The position numbers were made by a program, and so were the translations under genes. DNA of 63,329 nt, the filler included, from Basidiobolus ranarum (Eukaryota), in the NCBI GenBank assembly GCA_040143965.1. It is 52 parts of 52 records of this genome, joined end to end, with 100 filler letters (N's around TTAATTAATTAA, not from the genome) between each part and the next. Parts side by side here need not be neighbours in the genome. Positions count along the whole stretch, not along the records: positions 36,675 to 37,793 come from JASJQH010006345.1; positions 37,894 to 39,012 come from JASJQH010006346.1; positions 39,113 to 40,230 come from JASJQH010006347.1; positions 40,331 to 41,448 come from JASJQH010006348.1; positions 41,549 to 42,666 come from JASJQH010006349.1; positions 42,767 to 43,884 come from JASJQH010006350.1; positions 43,985 to 45,101 come from JASJQH010006351.1; positions 45,202 to 46,318 come from JASJQH010006352.1; 44 more parts are not named here. The stretch is one strand, 5' to 3'. Of this stretch, positions 36,675 to 49,218 are shown piece by piece; the stretch's first letter is position 1; each line of letters starts with the position of its first letter. The notes beneath the pieces were generated by a model. The model was not told the DNA's origin. It did not search any database and saw nothing but the letters and a program-made list of their open reading frames with translations.

Positions 36675-37524
36675 TATGTCTCTGCAATGGTCTAGATTAC
36701 TCCATTTCACCATTGGGAATATCTTCTGATTCAATAAATTGTCTTGCTTTTCTCCTTACACCTCTGTTAATTACTCTTGTCATAGTATCCTGAAATGCTG
36801 TTTTGAACTCTGCAACCTCCATCAAGAGTTGCTGCAAAGTCTGATTGAGTAGTGATAGATTTCTGTTTAGAACATCTTTTGTCTCTAAAGTTGAGGCTGT
36901 AATGGTCACTTCCAGTCCATACAAGCAAAAACGCGATTGGAATCATGTCATTGTGGACTCAAAATCAAAATTCCTATTTCTCAATTTGCACTTTATATCC
37001 TCCTAAGTCTTGTTTTATATTTTCTTGCAGACTTCTGAAGGCATGAAGATATAATATTCTCTCCAAAGCAGAGTTAAAAGTTGCTTCCACTCTTATCTAA
37101 TGCTCCCTTCCCCAGCTTCTGTCAAGATTATCAATAACTCCCATATATCCAAGCATGAATTCATAGTGGACACCTGGGCATCGTTAAAATCATTAGGCAT
37201 GTGCTACCTCACACCACCCACACCTTCATTCAACTGCGTGCACAAAATTTAGAAAGTGGTGGTTTCCTATACAAGAGTAGGTTGTGAATCAGGAAGAATC
37301 TGTTTTGACATGATATGTAACTACCATATATATCTATGATGTTAGACTTTATTGGTTTCAATTGGAATTTGTGATCTTTTTAAATTATTGGTTAAAATGT
37401 CAAAGTTAATTTCCTATAGTATGATCAAGCATGATGCATTCTGCTTTGAGCTGTTTTGATATGTATGCTAAATAAATTGATTTGGATTGAACTATGATTA
37501 ACTTTGCTGATGCAGTTTATTATA
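36675..37524 (-). mobile_element. Decayed Myb/SANT-like plus coiled-coil ORF, putative second gene of the PIF/Harbinger element
   Basis: W..EWKQLLTLLW...NKT*EDIKCKLRN followed by a heptad-rich segment. 37430-37524 is shared with 33137-33230, upstream of the Harbinger transposase. Confidence 0.45.
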
Positions 37525-37793
37525 CCCTAACAGAAATTTGAGGATTGTTATAGTAGCAAAACCGTCACAATTTTAATAAATTTTGGACTGACCGTTTACT
37601 TACCATCATAAAATCATCAAGTTAGATTTGATTTTAATCAATTTTTTCAGTTTCTGGAGTGAAATTTCAAGATCTCACAAAATAGTTGCTCATGATTGGC
37701 TACAATCTCTGAAAACTATGGATCAACACATGTGCAAAAAATGTAACTCAAATTTAACACATTTACCACTTGAACACTAATTTGTCACCTTCA
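37525..37793 (-). mobile_element. CACTA-like end A
   Basis: CCCTAACAGAAATTTGAGG. Confidence 0.85.
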
Positions 37794-37893
37794 NNNNNNN
37801 NNNNNNNNNNNNNNNNNNNNNNNNNNNNNNNNNNNNNTTAATTAATTAANNNNNNNNNNNNNNNNNNNNNNNNNNNNNNNNNNNNNNNNNNNN

Positions 37894-38062
37894 TTATCTA
37901 TTATATCTTATTACACAAACTCCTGAATATCTCAAACAATTGATTTACTTTTCTACTATATAAGTCACCATATACTCTTGAGAATAAACTAACTAAAACA
38001 CACTCTCATAAGTTGCTTCTAATACTCAAAGTCTACCCCCATTATGTCAAGATCCTCCAACA
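37894..38062 (-). repeat. LTR family L2, 5' part
   Basis: Reverse complement of TGTTGGAGGATCTTGAC... Confidence 0.85.
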
Positions 38063-39547
38063 GCAATAAGTGAAAACCACCTAGCTTATATATATTCCCA
38101 ATTTGACAATTGCTGCCAGTTGATCAAAAATCATATTTGAGTACATTAGATGCATTAGGTCAAAGATATTTGGACACTGACCTAATGTAACAAACAAGCT
38201 ATGGCAAAAAGTATATTGTTAGAAAATGTCAGAATGTGTCCAACAATGTCAAGAAGTGTGCAGAAAGCTGGATCTAATGACATAAATGTATAATGCCATT
38301 GTGTTATAAAAAACAAGCCCTAGCAATAGGTTAGAAAGTCCAACATGGTTAGTTATATATCTTGCATTTTCTTACTACTAATATCACAATTTGTTCGCAC
38401 CAACTAACAATCATATAAGCACATATTGACAGTATCAATAAGAGAGATGGTATGACTGGATTTCACAAAATAAGAAAGTCAGTTAGTCACCATATATGGC
38501 TATTTGGATGTTAGATACAATAAAGTGTAAATAAGAATAATTATTAAAATGGACCATCAATCAAAAATCTATGTTACCAATATAAAAATAGAAACATATA
38601 ATATGATAAATGCTGAACAAAACCATTCCTATTTAGAAGTGGAATAGAGATAGTACAAGTTGAATAACTTTATATATTAATGCTCAACAAATGGATCAAT
38701 GCTTTTAGCTTCCAATGCACATGGGTACTTGTGTTGTAGAAAAATCACTCCAATTGATTGTCATTATAAAGTCAATTAATTAGTAAACAATAAACATGCC
38801 TTGATAACAGTTCAAGTACAGCAGTGTCGTTACAAGCGAAAACCTGAGCATGATACGTGGAGAAAATATTTAAGCTGTAGACCCTTTCAAGTTGGCTATA
38901 TATATATAAAATCAACCACCTTACATTGTTGACTGCTTATGGCTGATATGCTCATTTACAAGCAACTTTGTGCATGGTGTTGAGGAACCATGGGTAAGGA
39001 AAACGCCTAAGGNNNNNNNNNNNNNNNNNNNNNNNNNNNNNNNNNNNNNNNNNNNNTTAATTAATTAANNNNNNNNNNNNNNNNNNNNNNNNNNNNNNNN
39101 NNNNNNNNNNNNGGTATTATGAGTACTGTGGCATTGCCTCAGAAGCCAGCAGGGGGATATGTATCTCCATACTGCAATGTATATAAATCTCAAGAAACAA
39201 ATGTTGAAAGAGGCCAGTGTTAGAGTCCCACAAGTCGCAATACACAAGTAGCAATAAAAATCATCAGGACTTTCAGTTTATTTCTAGAAATTTGGTTTAT
39301 TTTCATACAATGATGAAGTCCTATGTGGCAATAACCGGAAGTTGCCTTACCAAGTGTGTCACATCATTTGTTTGTTTCAACGATCCCGGTTTAGCCAATC
39401 AAGAGTGTGATTGTACATAAAATGACCTACTATGTACCGAAATTGAGGAGCAACTATAAAAAGTATACTACGTACAAGAGTTGTATCTTACTCCAAACTA
39501 GTTAAGCATACTCCGTACTAGAGTTGAATCCTACTGTAATTAAAAGG

Positions 39548-40171
39548 TTTCAGTCCAGTCTGAAGATATCATTCAGCAAATGTTATCCAACAACGTTGGT
39601 CACTTACTACGTGCCAAGGAGAGCATCCAAAAACGGTATTTAGGGATTCTCCAACCATAGCTAATACCGATCTAAGAACTCGTATCGAAGAGACATTTGC
39701 ACCCGGAGTCTGATATTCAATATGGATAATGACAAGCAGCGATTCGATGTAGCGTATTCAATTATTCGGTCTACTTAGGGTATTCTGCGGATAAACTATT
39801 CCGGCTGCCTCCAGATTTGAGTGGATGATGTTAGCCTGAATAGGTCAATCTTATCTATTGAATGATCCTTTTAGCAAATGCATAATCCTTTTAGGAAGCA
39901 ATCCTTGGTCTATTGGAGTTTTTGTGGTAGCATATACATTAAAAGGAGTGAGATATTTTGCCATATTTGGTGGCTCGCAAATTCGTCAAAGAACCAAGAT
40001 TTACCTCCAATCTTGGTATATCATTCTACGTTGGAAAACTCATCGTTTAGTTTCATTTTGGAATACCCATCCAGTAAATCAACGCGTAGAGGATGGGTCA
40101 CAGGGTATTCTACACAAGGACTCGTCCAGCCTCTGGTAATTGATATATATAATAGAACCCTTGAGCTATAG
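39548..40171 (+). CDS. Possible 3' exons of a host gene, unknown function
   Basis: CpG retained, non-repetitive. TTTTAG acceptor followed by an open frame ending ...QGLVQPLVIDIYNRTLEL*. Confidence 0.25.
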
Positions 40172-40330
40172 TCAACAACACTCCTGCGCTACAAGATTAC
40201 AATGCATTTCCGTTTTACCGACCTAGCTATNNNNNNNNNNNNNNNNNNNNNNNNNNNNNNNNNNNNNNNNNNNNTTAATTAATTAANNNNNNNNNNNNNN
40301 NNNNNNNNNNNNNNNNNNNNNNNNNNNNNN

Positions 40331-41448
40331 ACTCTTATTTCAGACTTTACGGAATTTATTTTAGATCTTTCCTAATTCAAACTTTCAAACTCTAGATTCT
40401 TACTCAACGAAATTTTATTTTAAATTCTCCCGGATTACAACAATTCAAACTCAACATCTGGCCAGCCAAACCAACCAACCAACAAGATAGAAAATCCCTA
40501 TGCTGATGACTGCTGCTTTAAATGCAATCAACTTGGCCATAGAACCCCTGTATGTTCATAAATCAAAGCACCTACTGCTAAACTTACCCAAGTCTCTGAG
40601 GAATCATCATCTTAACTGGATGTTATGCCTGCAGAAATTTTGACAAGTTTTGAAGAAGCTTATCAAGAACTCACAGTACAAGACTATGAAAATCTATTTG
40701 ACTGTTCAGCAAAAATTGCCACTTCTAAAGATAAGAAGCAAGCAACCAACCACCTTAAAGCTAATGAAGTACCCTTAAAACATAATGGTCACCAATACAT
40801 AGCACTCTTAGATACTGGATCTACCAACTCTATTGTCTCACCCACAATAGTTGAAGAACTCAATTTGAAAATAGAATAGTGACATGGAAACTTCATTCTT
40901 GCTGCCAAAGATATTTCTGCTCCAAGAATAGGAGTCACCAACTCTGTCAATAATCAATGTGGAAATTCTCAAATTTTACACCATGTGGAGGTCATGAATA
41001 TCCCTGATGGACCATTAGTTGTTATTGGTTGGATATATTCATTCAACTTGGCTTCAATATAGGAGGACTACCAGTCTCTTATCTTGGATTCAGCAAATCT
41101 GTACCCCTGACGCTGATCACAAACCAGAAGTAATCTCAGAAACTCCTGAACAAGAAGAATCATCACCTTCCTTCCAAGCATATGCCAACTCTGTCACAGC
41201 AGCCATTCAACCTGCTATTGAGAGAAACCAGAAAATCCCAAAGAACAGTTTCTGAACTATACCAGAGTCTCTTGTTACCTTGGAAACAACACCTGGAGAA
41301 ACGACTTGGAGAAAACAATATCCAATTCCACATATGCTACAATTATTAGTTGATGAAGTAGTACAGAAATGTGCTTATAATGGCATTATCACTCAGGCAT
41401 CTGTCAACACTACCTTTAACAGCCCTTTGACTTTAGCACCAAAGAAGG
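40331..41448 (+). mobile_element. Ty3/gypsy gag knuckle-protease-RT start remnant
   Basis: CFKCNQLGHRTPVC, ALLDTGSTNS, PESLVTLETTPGETTWRKQYPIP and FNSPLTLAPKK. Confidence 0.88.
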
Positions 41449-41548
41449 NNNNNNNNNNNNNNNNNNNNNNNNNNNNNNNNNNNNNNNNNNNNTTAATTAA
41501 TTAANNNNNNNNNNNNNNNNNNNNNNNNNNNNNNNNNNNNNNNNNNNN

Positions 41549-42666
41549 ATGTCAGAATGAATCAGGGCAAAAATATTGGTGGATTTCATCTTTCCAGAGC
41601 CTGAAAATGGCCGTCTCTGATGTTTTCCATATTTACAATAATCACACAGATTCAGTTTAGTTACATTTTTAATTTGTAATCCTGAAACAAGCTGATTTGG
41701 GATCATTTGGGTCAGTTTTTTCTCCCCAATGTGGTCTAGTCTTCAATGCTATGTTTGTCAGCTTTTTTCACTTGTTTTGACCAAGTTTGAATGCTCAGAA
41801 TGTAGTTAGTTGATTTCTAGCTTGTATAAGTTTGAGATTTGATCCCAGTAGCTCATTTGGTGTTATTCTGATCTGCAATAGCACATCCAGCCTTGCTGAT
41901 CATGAAATTTAGTCCTTGAGTTGATACTTGGCTTACTGCAAGTAGGTTCTTGTCTATATTTGGTATGTGGAGTATATCATCCAATTTTGCAGATGGTGTA
42001 GCTCATTTTTGGTTCAAATTGAATACAACTGTGCCCTTACCAACTGCATCTAGTGCATAGTCATCACCTAAGTGGACTTTCCTTGTTAGGATTAGTTTTA
42101 AGCTGGAAAACCAATCTTTCCTGTTTGAAACATGCTGGGAGGTCCTGAATCAATGTGCCTTGTCTCTGCAGCTTTCTTTGGTGGTTACTGATAGAGCAAA
42201 CACAAATAGATGATCCCTATCAGTGCTTACATGTTTTGCTTGTTCTGATTTCAGCTTTATGCCCAAAGTCCTTTTCTGCAATCTTTGATAATATGGCCTG
42301 TTTTTTTGCAATACTTGCTGATGGTTAATTTTCATCTCCAAAAATGCCTGTTCTGCACTATTTTGCTTAGAATGAGATCTCATAAGCTTTTCATTCAAGA
42401 GCCTAGCATCAAGATATTCCATTGTAATGGACTGTGATTTTGATTCTATGGCAACTATGAGGTTGCCAAACTTGTCTGGCAGGCTTCCAAACAGTGTCAT
42501 GGCTAAGTCATCTTCACATAAAGATGCTGCTATATATGACAACTAATGTGACATAGTTTTCATCCAATATATATGATTAAGCTTTGAATAATCAGAATTC
42601 ATCTAAATTGAGAATAATTTTTGAGCAGGAGATAGCCTTTTGGCCAAACTTTTAGTCTCACATAGT
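41549..42666 (-). mobile_element. Ty1/copia gag-protease-integrase remnant
   Basis: LFGSLPDKFGNL, DSGPPSM, CDYCKYGKHQRRPF and LIHSD. Confidence 0.88.
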
Positions 42667-42767
42667 NNNNNNNNNNNNNNNNNNNNNNNNNNNNNNNNNN
42701 NNNNNNNNNNTTAATTAATTAANNNNNNNNNNNNNNNNNNNNNNNNNNNNNNNNNNNNNNNNNNNNT

Positions 42768-42956
42768 GTCATTCAGCCAGGCTATCAAGGCTGTGGATCA
42801 ACCGGCCATGTCGCCGTTGTAGAGCGTATAAACAACGATGGAAGTGTGTACACCAGCAACTGGAACTACAAGTTCAATGGACAAGGTGGAGTTTATTCTA
42901 CATCCTATGGAAACTTCAATACTGGCAGTGGTGTATCCTTCCTCTGGTATCAATAG
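42768..42956 (+). CDS. C-terminal half of a CHAP-domain (Cys/His amidohydrolase/peptidase) protein
   Basis: VIQPGYQGCGSTGHVAVVERINNDGSVYTSNWNY...GSGVSFLWYQ*. GHVAVVE.(V/I)N.DGSV..S..N is the CHAP catalytic-His motif. Confidence 0.8.
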   Translation, partial: VIQPGYQGCGSTGHVAVVERINNDGSVYTSNWNYKFNGQGGVYSTSYGNFNTGSGVSFLWYQ

Positions 42957-43984
42957 AATTATTGCTAAAACCTAAAAGAAAATGAGAATAGACGAACTAT
43001 CTGCTGTGCAGATGTTCAAATTTCACAAATATAAAAGACAAACAATAAATCTAAAGCTATCTAAAAACATCTTTATCGAATCAAGTCCAATTCAACTTCT
43101 TACAATGCTGTAAGATATTCTTTTTGATATTAGTCTACTCCTTTATTATCAATATATACATGTAAAAACGCAAATGCAGTAAAGTGAAAGCAAACAATCT
43201 AGATTTCTTGAATCCTTTTGGAGATTGAGTAAATTTTAATCATTAATCAAATCTAAGCAGATTGATTGCTAATCGCAAATATGGAGGCAGTCCAACCTTT
43301 CTATTTTCGGTCACAACTGTACAAATTACGAAGATTTTGGGTAATTTTTTATGAAACAAATCCCCCATTTAGATTTTGAAGCCAATCATGGATTAACAAA
43401 TGATCCGAATTGATGAACCAATCCTTATTTGTTGAATCGGATTCCGATTTTTTAGTGCAATTGAGACAGGAGGATTGGGGCCTAAAGATGTATAGGCTGA
43501 ATAAACTCATTAGTACCAGTGCATGTATCCGAGGGCTTCGTTACTGGTTTCAGATTATCGAGGCAAACAGATATGACTAGCACACAATGTGAATTTGTCT
43601 ACTGAATATTTGCCTCTTACCCCCGTGTGTTTCGCATCAATACCAGATAATTTACTGATCATTGTTACAACGAACGTACCTATCCGAACGCTGAGTAGTG
43701 AAGTGGTTCATGAATAAGATCTAATAATGCATACATTTGATAAACACTCGCAAACTAACGATGTGTCCTCTCAATCATTAAGTCGAGCTAAGTATACTAA
43801 AATAGGTAAACTATCATTTATTCAACCCTACTATAGCCAGCATGCGCAGCTAGTACTGGCCAACCTTTGTCTATTCTTGGGAAGNNNNNNNNNNNNNNNN
43901 NNNNNNNNNNNNNNNNNNNNNNNNNNNNTTAATTAATTAANNNNNNNNNNNNNNNNNNNNNNNNNNNNNNNNNNNNNNNNNNNN

Positions 43985-45101
43985 TCTTTGATATATTCTC
44001 CTCAATATTTTTATAGAGTTCTTCATACCCAAGGTTTAGCTCATACCCAACATGAGTTTGTATCTATATCTCCATCAAAGCCCACCATTGTATTAATGTT
44101 GCTGAATCAACTTTCTTCCAGCTATCTGTTGGATACCCTGAAATATGATGTCACTCTGTATTAAGTACTTCCCAGATATCTGCACCATCAAGACCAGACT
44201 GAATGTCAAGTCAAATGTTCTTCTTCTGAAGCCACTTTCTGTGTACTTGCACTGCATTTTTCCCCTCATACTTTTAAAAATACTCCTCAAGCACTTTGAA
44301 TATTTTGTACATCCTTGTAGTGTGACACTACTGAGGGTGCTTTGTGGTGTTTGTGCAGCTTTTTGCTTGCCTTTAACTTTGGGGTTAATTTCAACACTTT
44401 GAAAAGTACCAGTTGAGGTTGGAGAGCCATGAGTTTTATTTGCTGGTGTTGTGGCTTGCAAGAGGTGCCAGGTGTTTGATAAACTATCAAATTTAGCACT
44501 CTTCCAACTGGTGTACCTGGTTCCATGGTGAAATTAAGCTTTTTTGCCAGTATATCTAACTCTGGAATTGCAGATCTTTGTGATGGTGTGAAGAATTTGG
44601 TAAGTGGGACAGTAGAGCCTAAATTCACCAGCTCCCTTGCTTTTCCCTTGGGTTTACTAACTTCCTGCTCCTTCAGTACTTCTTTAGCTGCTATTCTTTC
44701 TTTTCTCAGTCAATAATTGCATACATTTTTGAGATTTGTCATGAATAGGCCTATACTAGCCCTATTGCCATTTGCTTGCAAAAACCCAGGATAAGCCTCA
44801 TGAAATAAGTCAAGAAACCTCTGAGTACACCTGGTTTTTGGTTTTTCCTTGATTGGCTCAAATCCAGGTGATTTTGGGCAAGATTCTGCACAGTTTCCAA
44901 AATGTTAAACCACTCATCATCAGAGCAATTGATGGCAGCTCTGACATTCAGAGTCTTTAGGTTTGCTGGTTTTCCTATGGGATTTCTACTTTCATATGCC
45001 CAAGCTAAGTTGAGTTGTTGTGTAGGCTTAATGTGCAAACACCTATTCTGCTCTGCTAGATTGTCCTGGTGACAGTCATATGTGTGGTGTGGGATTGATT
45101 G
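43985..45101 (-). mobile_element. CACTA-like ORF2 remnant
   Basis: Collinear with 7354-8478. Confidence 0.8.
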
Positions 45102-45201
45102 NNNNNNNNNNNNNNNNNNNNNNNNNNNNNNNNNNNNNNNNNNNNTTAATTAATTAANNNNNNNNNNNNNNNNNNNNNNNNNNNNNNNNNNNNNNNNNNN
45201 N

Positions 45202-46318
45202 TCACTCATATTGCAAATGTGAGATCTTTGGCAAAACAACTGGAAAATATTAGTGCAACTTTACAGGAAGAAGATATCATTATGACTCTTCTAAGTAGTC
45301 TACCAGAAAAGTATTCAAACTTGTTCACAGCTTTGAAAGCAAGATCTGACAAGTTGTCTTTGGAGTTTGTGGTAGTACGGCTAATGGATCAACATCTGAG
45401 AAGTCCAAATTTGGAAAAAGAATCTGAGGAAGTGGCTGCTTTTGGAGCTGGAAAACATGGCTTTAGCAAGCACAAATGTCACAAAACCCTAACAGAATTT
45501 GAAGATTGTTATTGTAGGAAAACTGTCACAATTTTAATCCATTTGGGATTGACTGTTTACTTACCATCATAAAAACATCAAGATAGATTTGATTTCAATT
45601 AATTTATTCAGTTTCAGGAGTGAAATTTCAAGATCTTGCAATTTGTTGCACTTGATTGGCTAAAATCTCAGAGAACTATGGATCAACACATGTGCAAAAA
45701 ATGGAACTCAAATTTTACACAATTACCACTTGAATGCTAATTTATTACCTTTAAAATCCCTATTCTCTTTGATATATTCTCCTGAATATTTTTATAGAGT
45801 TCTTCATACCCAAGGTTTAGCTCACACCCAACACAAGTTTGTATCAATATCTCCATCAAAGCACACCATAGTATCAACATTGCTGAATCAACATTCTTCC
45901 AGCTATCTGGCAGATACCCTGCAACATTGTGCCACTCTGTATTAAGTTCTTCCCAGATATCTGCATGGTCAACACCAGACTGAATGTCAAGTTGAATGTT
46001 CTTCATCTGAAGCTACTTTCTGCATACTTGCACTGCATTTTTCCTTCATACTTTTGAAAATACTCCTCAAGCACTTTGACTATTTTTGTACATCCTTATA
46101 GTGTGACACTACTGAGGGTGCTTTGTGGTGTTTGTGTGGCTTTTTGCTTGCCTTTACCTTTGGGGGTAATTTCAACAATTTGAAAAGTACCAGTTGAGGT
46201 TGGAGAGCCATGAGTTTTATTTGCTGGTGTTTTAGCCTGTTGGAGGATCTTGACATAATGGGGTAGACTTTGAGTATTAGAAGCAACTTATGATAGTGTG
46301 TTTTAGTTAGTTTATTCT
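45202..46318. mobile_element. Copia gag (+, to 45486), CACTA end A with ORF2 (45487-46237), L2 LTR start (46238)
   Basis: LLSSLPEKYSNL; CCCTAACAGAAT at 45487; TGTTGGAGGATC at 46238. Confidence 0.85.
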
Positions 46319-46418
46319 NNNNNNNNNNNNNNNNNNNNNNNNNNNNNNNNNNNNNNNNNNNNTTAATTAATTAANNNNNNNNNNNNNNNNNNNNNNNNNN
46401 NNNNNNNNNNNNNNNNNN

Positions 46419-47039
46419 TCTAGTCACACAGTAGCCTGTAACTGCCTCTAGTAGTCTCTCTTGAGCTTCCTCTTCAAAGGTCTCATAAGCAGTGATGAAA
46501 ATAAGAGATGATCACAAGTAGTAATTGTTAGTTGTAAACCAGGATGATTTTTATTTGAAAAGATATGGCTCCTATTTGTACTTTTCTTAAGGTAGATATG
46601 TTTACTAATGAGAATTTTCCGGAAAGTTCCAATGAATTCTATTGGTGGGGATCTGGGGTTATGATTTCATCATAAATATTGAGATTAGTAATCCATGGAA
46701 TGTTCGAGAAGGTCTTAGAAAAATCCAGAAAGTCATGGAATGTTCCAGCAAAATCAAGTTTTGATTGGTCAAAACTTAATCAATTGTTCAATATTCCAAA
46801 AATCTTGTGGAAAGTTCTGGAAGATTGTAGAATTTTCCAGAAAATAATAGGGCTAGTGTGGGTTAATACTGATAAATCTGAAATAATAGGGGATAATACT
46901 AATAGTGTGATATGATTGGCTAGAAAATATGGGTAAGTCAAATAAGGATAATAATATAGAGATTGTGTAATAGTAATGATATGAGCTTGGAGTGGAAATA
47001 AGTCAACCTGCCAGTGGGTAGCAATGCTACCCCACTACA
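46419..47039 (-). repeat. LTR family L4, 5' part
   Basis: Reverse complement of 14009-14590. Confidence 0.85.
46611..46843. promoter_or_regulatory. Three heat-shock-element-like arrays (alternating nGAAn/nTTCn) in the L4 U3
   Basis: 46611 AGAAT-TTTCC-GGAAA-GTTCC; GAA every 10 bp at 46698-46740 and at 46810-46842. Confidence 0.65.
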
Positions 47040-47534
47040 GCATCAAGATATTAGATGACTAATTCTGATAGAAGAAAATGTGATTGGATAGATAGATTGA
47101 TAGATAAGTGAGTCATGTATCAGCTGAAGTCTTGGCAGTGAAAGATCATTGGTTATGAATCTTGTGACTCAAATTGACTTGTGTCTAGGCACATGACTCA
47201 GAGATTAATACTGAATGGATAATGGTCATGTGATTGGTCATATGATCTGATGGAAGGGATAAGAAATTAGATAGTTAGTCATGTGATAGATCATATGATA
47301 AAGTCACTGGATATGGTCAGATGACTAGTTAGCAATAATGATGAACTAAACAGATATTCAAACAAGTTGTATAGATATGGCATAAGTTAAACAACTTTGT
47401 ATGTTGGTGCACAACATCATTCTCTCCCTGGATGAGGACTCTTCTTAGTAGATGATCCTCTATGTTTCCAATATTGGTCAATGATAGAGATATCATCAAA
47501 GTGGCTATAGGGCTCCCAGGTATTGTGTTTGGCA
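47040..47534 (-). mobile_element. Chromovirus 3' end: chromodomain tail, PPT, LTR start (47416)
   Basis: HNTWEPYSHFDDISIIDQYWK; GGGAGAGAATGA|TGTTGTG. Confidence 0.8.
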
Positions 47535-47634
47535 NNNNNNNNNNNNNNNNNNNNNNNNNNNNNNNNNNNNNNNNNNNNTTAATTAATTAANNNNNNNNNN
47601 NNNNNNNNNNNNNNNNNNNNNNNNNNNNNNNNNN

Positions 47635-48750
47635 ATATGAGTGAATTAAGTCAAATCATTTGAATCCAAATTAAGAGAGATAACCAAAATCTTAAATTCA
47701 TGCTGAATCAATATAGATACAACCGACATGTCCTAGAATGCCTCAACATAGAGAATAGCAGGCCTATATCAATACCAATGGACCCCAATACAAAATTAAT
47801 TAACATTGCATCTGAATTGGCCCAAAGTGACTCAAAAGAAAGCCAGGAGTTCCCTTATTGATCCATAGTGAATAGCTTGCCCTAACAAAAATAAAATCAA
47901 TTTGATCCAGATTGGATCCACCCTCCGAAATAGCAAAACTGTCAGAGAACCGTCACAATATCGCTGGCTTGCATTCTGCCAGGGATTTTGATGATGTAAC
48001 GGTGGGTTCTTGATGGTATCTTAATGGTATTCATACATGTTAAAATATTGATCCTCAAATTTGGCATGCGTTATTCAATATGCAGCAATTTTTGCAAAAA
48101 TATAATTTTTGAATGGCAAATTACTGGGTTTACTGCTGTAGGAATTCGAATTAATATGCATGCCTTTATTTAGATATTTTAGGCCTTGTATTCCAGCCAT
48201 AATGAGAATCAAAATTACAAGAATCTCATTGTATTTGGTCTCTACATATGCACATATTTGACTGATTAGACATAACTCAACAACATCAATATGCTTTACC
48301 AGCAAATTAATGGTGGAAAAATTGTGAAACATCTGAAATTTTGAATAGCACTGACTCTTGGCAAATAGCTGACTCTTGTAACCACTCACAATGAGAATAA
48401 GCTCTTGGATTTTGGCAAGTTTCCGTAAAGAATTCAGCCAATATATCCCCAACTTGAAGTCAACAAATGTCCTGCCACAAGTAGACATGTCATTGCTTGA
48501 ATAGATTACCCCATGGCTAAAATGATAATACTGTCTATCTCAATCTATCTCACCAAGAAGTCTGTCTTGCAGCTTTCCTAAAAATACCATCAGATTATCA
48601 CACAAGCAAATTAGTCCAATTATAAAGGTGCTTACTCTGTGTCCATGGATTGGGCTTTGTTGCGGTTATTGTGCACAAACAATGCAAAAACCCATGAGCA
48701 CATTGAAAAGAGCCGGTTGTTGGCATGTTAATTTATTATAGAGTCTCCTT
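47635..48750. mobile_element. Copia RT (+, to 47879) interrupted by CACTA end B (47880) and transposase C-terminus (-)
   Basis: ISIPMDPNTKL; CCCTAACAAAAATAAAATC; continues into sequence matching 2453-2880. Confidence 0.85.
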
Positions 48751-48850
48751 NNNNNNNNNNNNNNNNNNNNNNNNNNNNNNNNNNNNNNNNNNNNTTAATT
48801 AATTAANNNNNNNNNNNNNNNNNNNNNNNNNNNNNNNNNNNNNNNNNNNN

Positions 48851-49218
48851 ATGAACGATGTGGGCTCGATCACTCCAACTGATCGGTATTCAAGGCCTTG
48901 CTTACTTAATGATCAGTAATTCGCCCCTGATGTCGCGTGAACTCTATCTTGATAAATTCTAGGGAAAGTAATGCCTTAGCTATTAACTATAATACAACAT
49001 GCATTAGACGTCTTCAGGATTTGGATAAAAAGATGAACCCTCTCACTTTTTCTGCATTCCCTATTTTCTCGAAGGGTAAGTTAAATCTCGCTCCTTTACC
49101 CTGCCCAAGTTAAATATGCTGATAATGAGAACGTCATTTTAAACCACAGCACTAACAGTTTCTTTCTTCAAGACAACAAACCAACGGAAAAGAAATCGTA
49201 CCACTGTGTCATCGTGAG
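48851..49218 (+). CDS. Possible small spliced host gene fragment
   Basis: CpG retained. Two GT-AG intron candidates join an open frame (…DRYSRPCLLNDQ/ESNALAINYNTTCIRRLQDLDKKMNP…). Confidence 0.25.

Noticed and set aside
38063-39012. AT-rich stretch after the L2 LTR (similar unassigned stretches at 56424-57007, 59240-59687 and 61197-61739)
   Set aside because: No paralog in the window and no recognisable motif. Probably decayed repeats, but no call can be supported.
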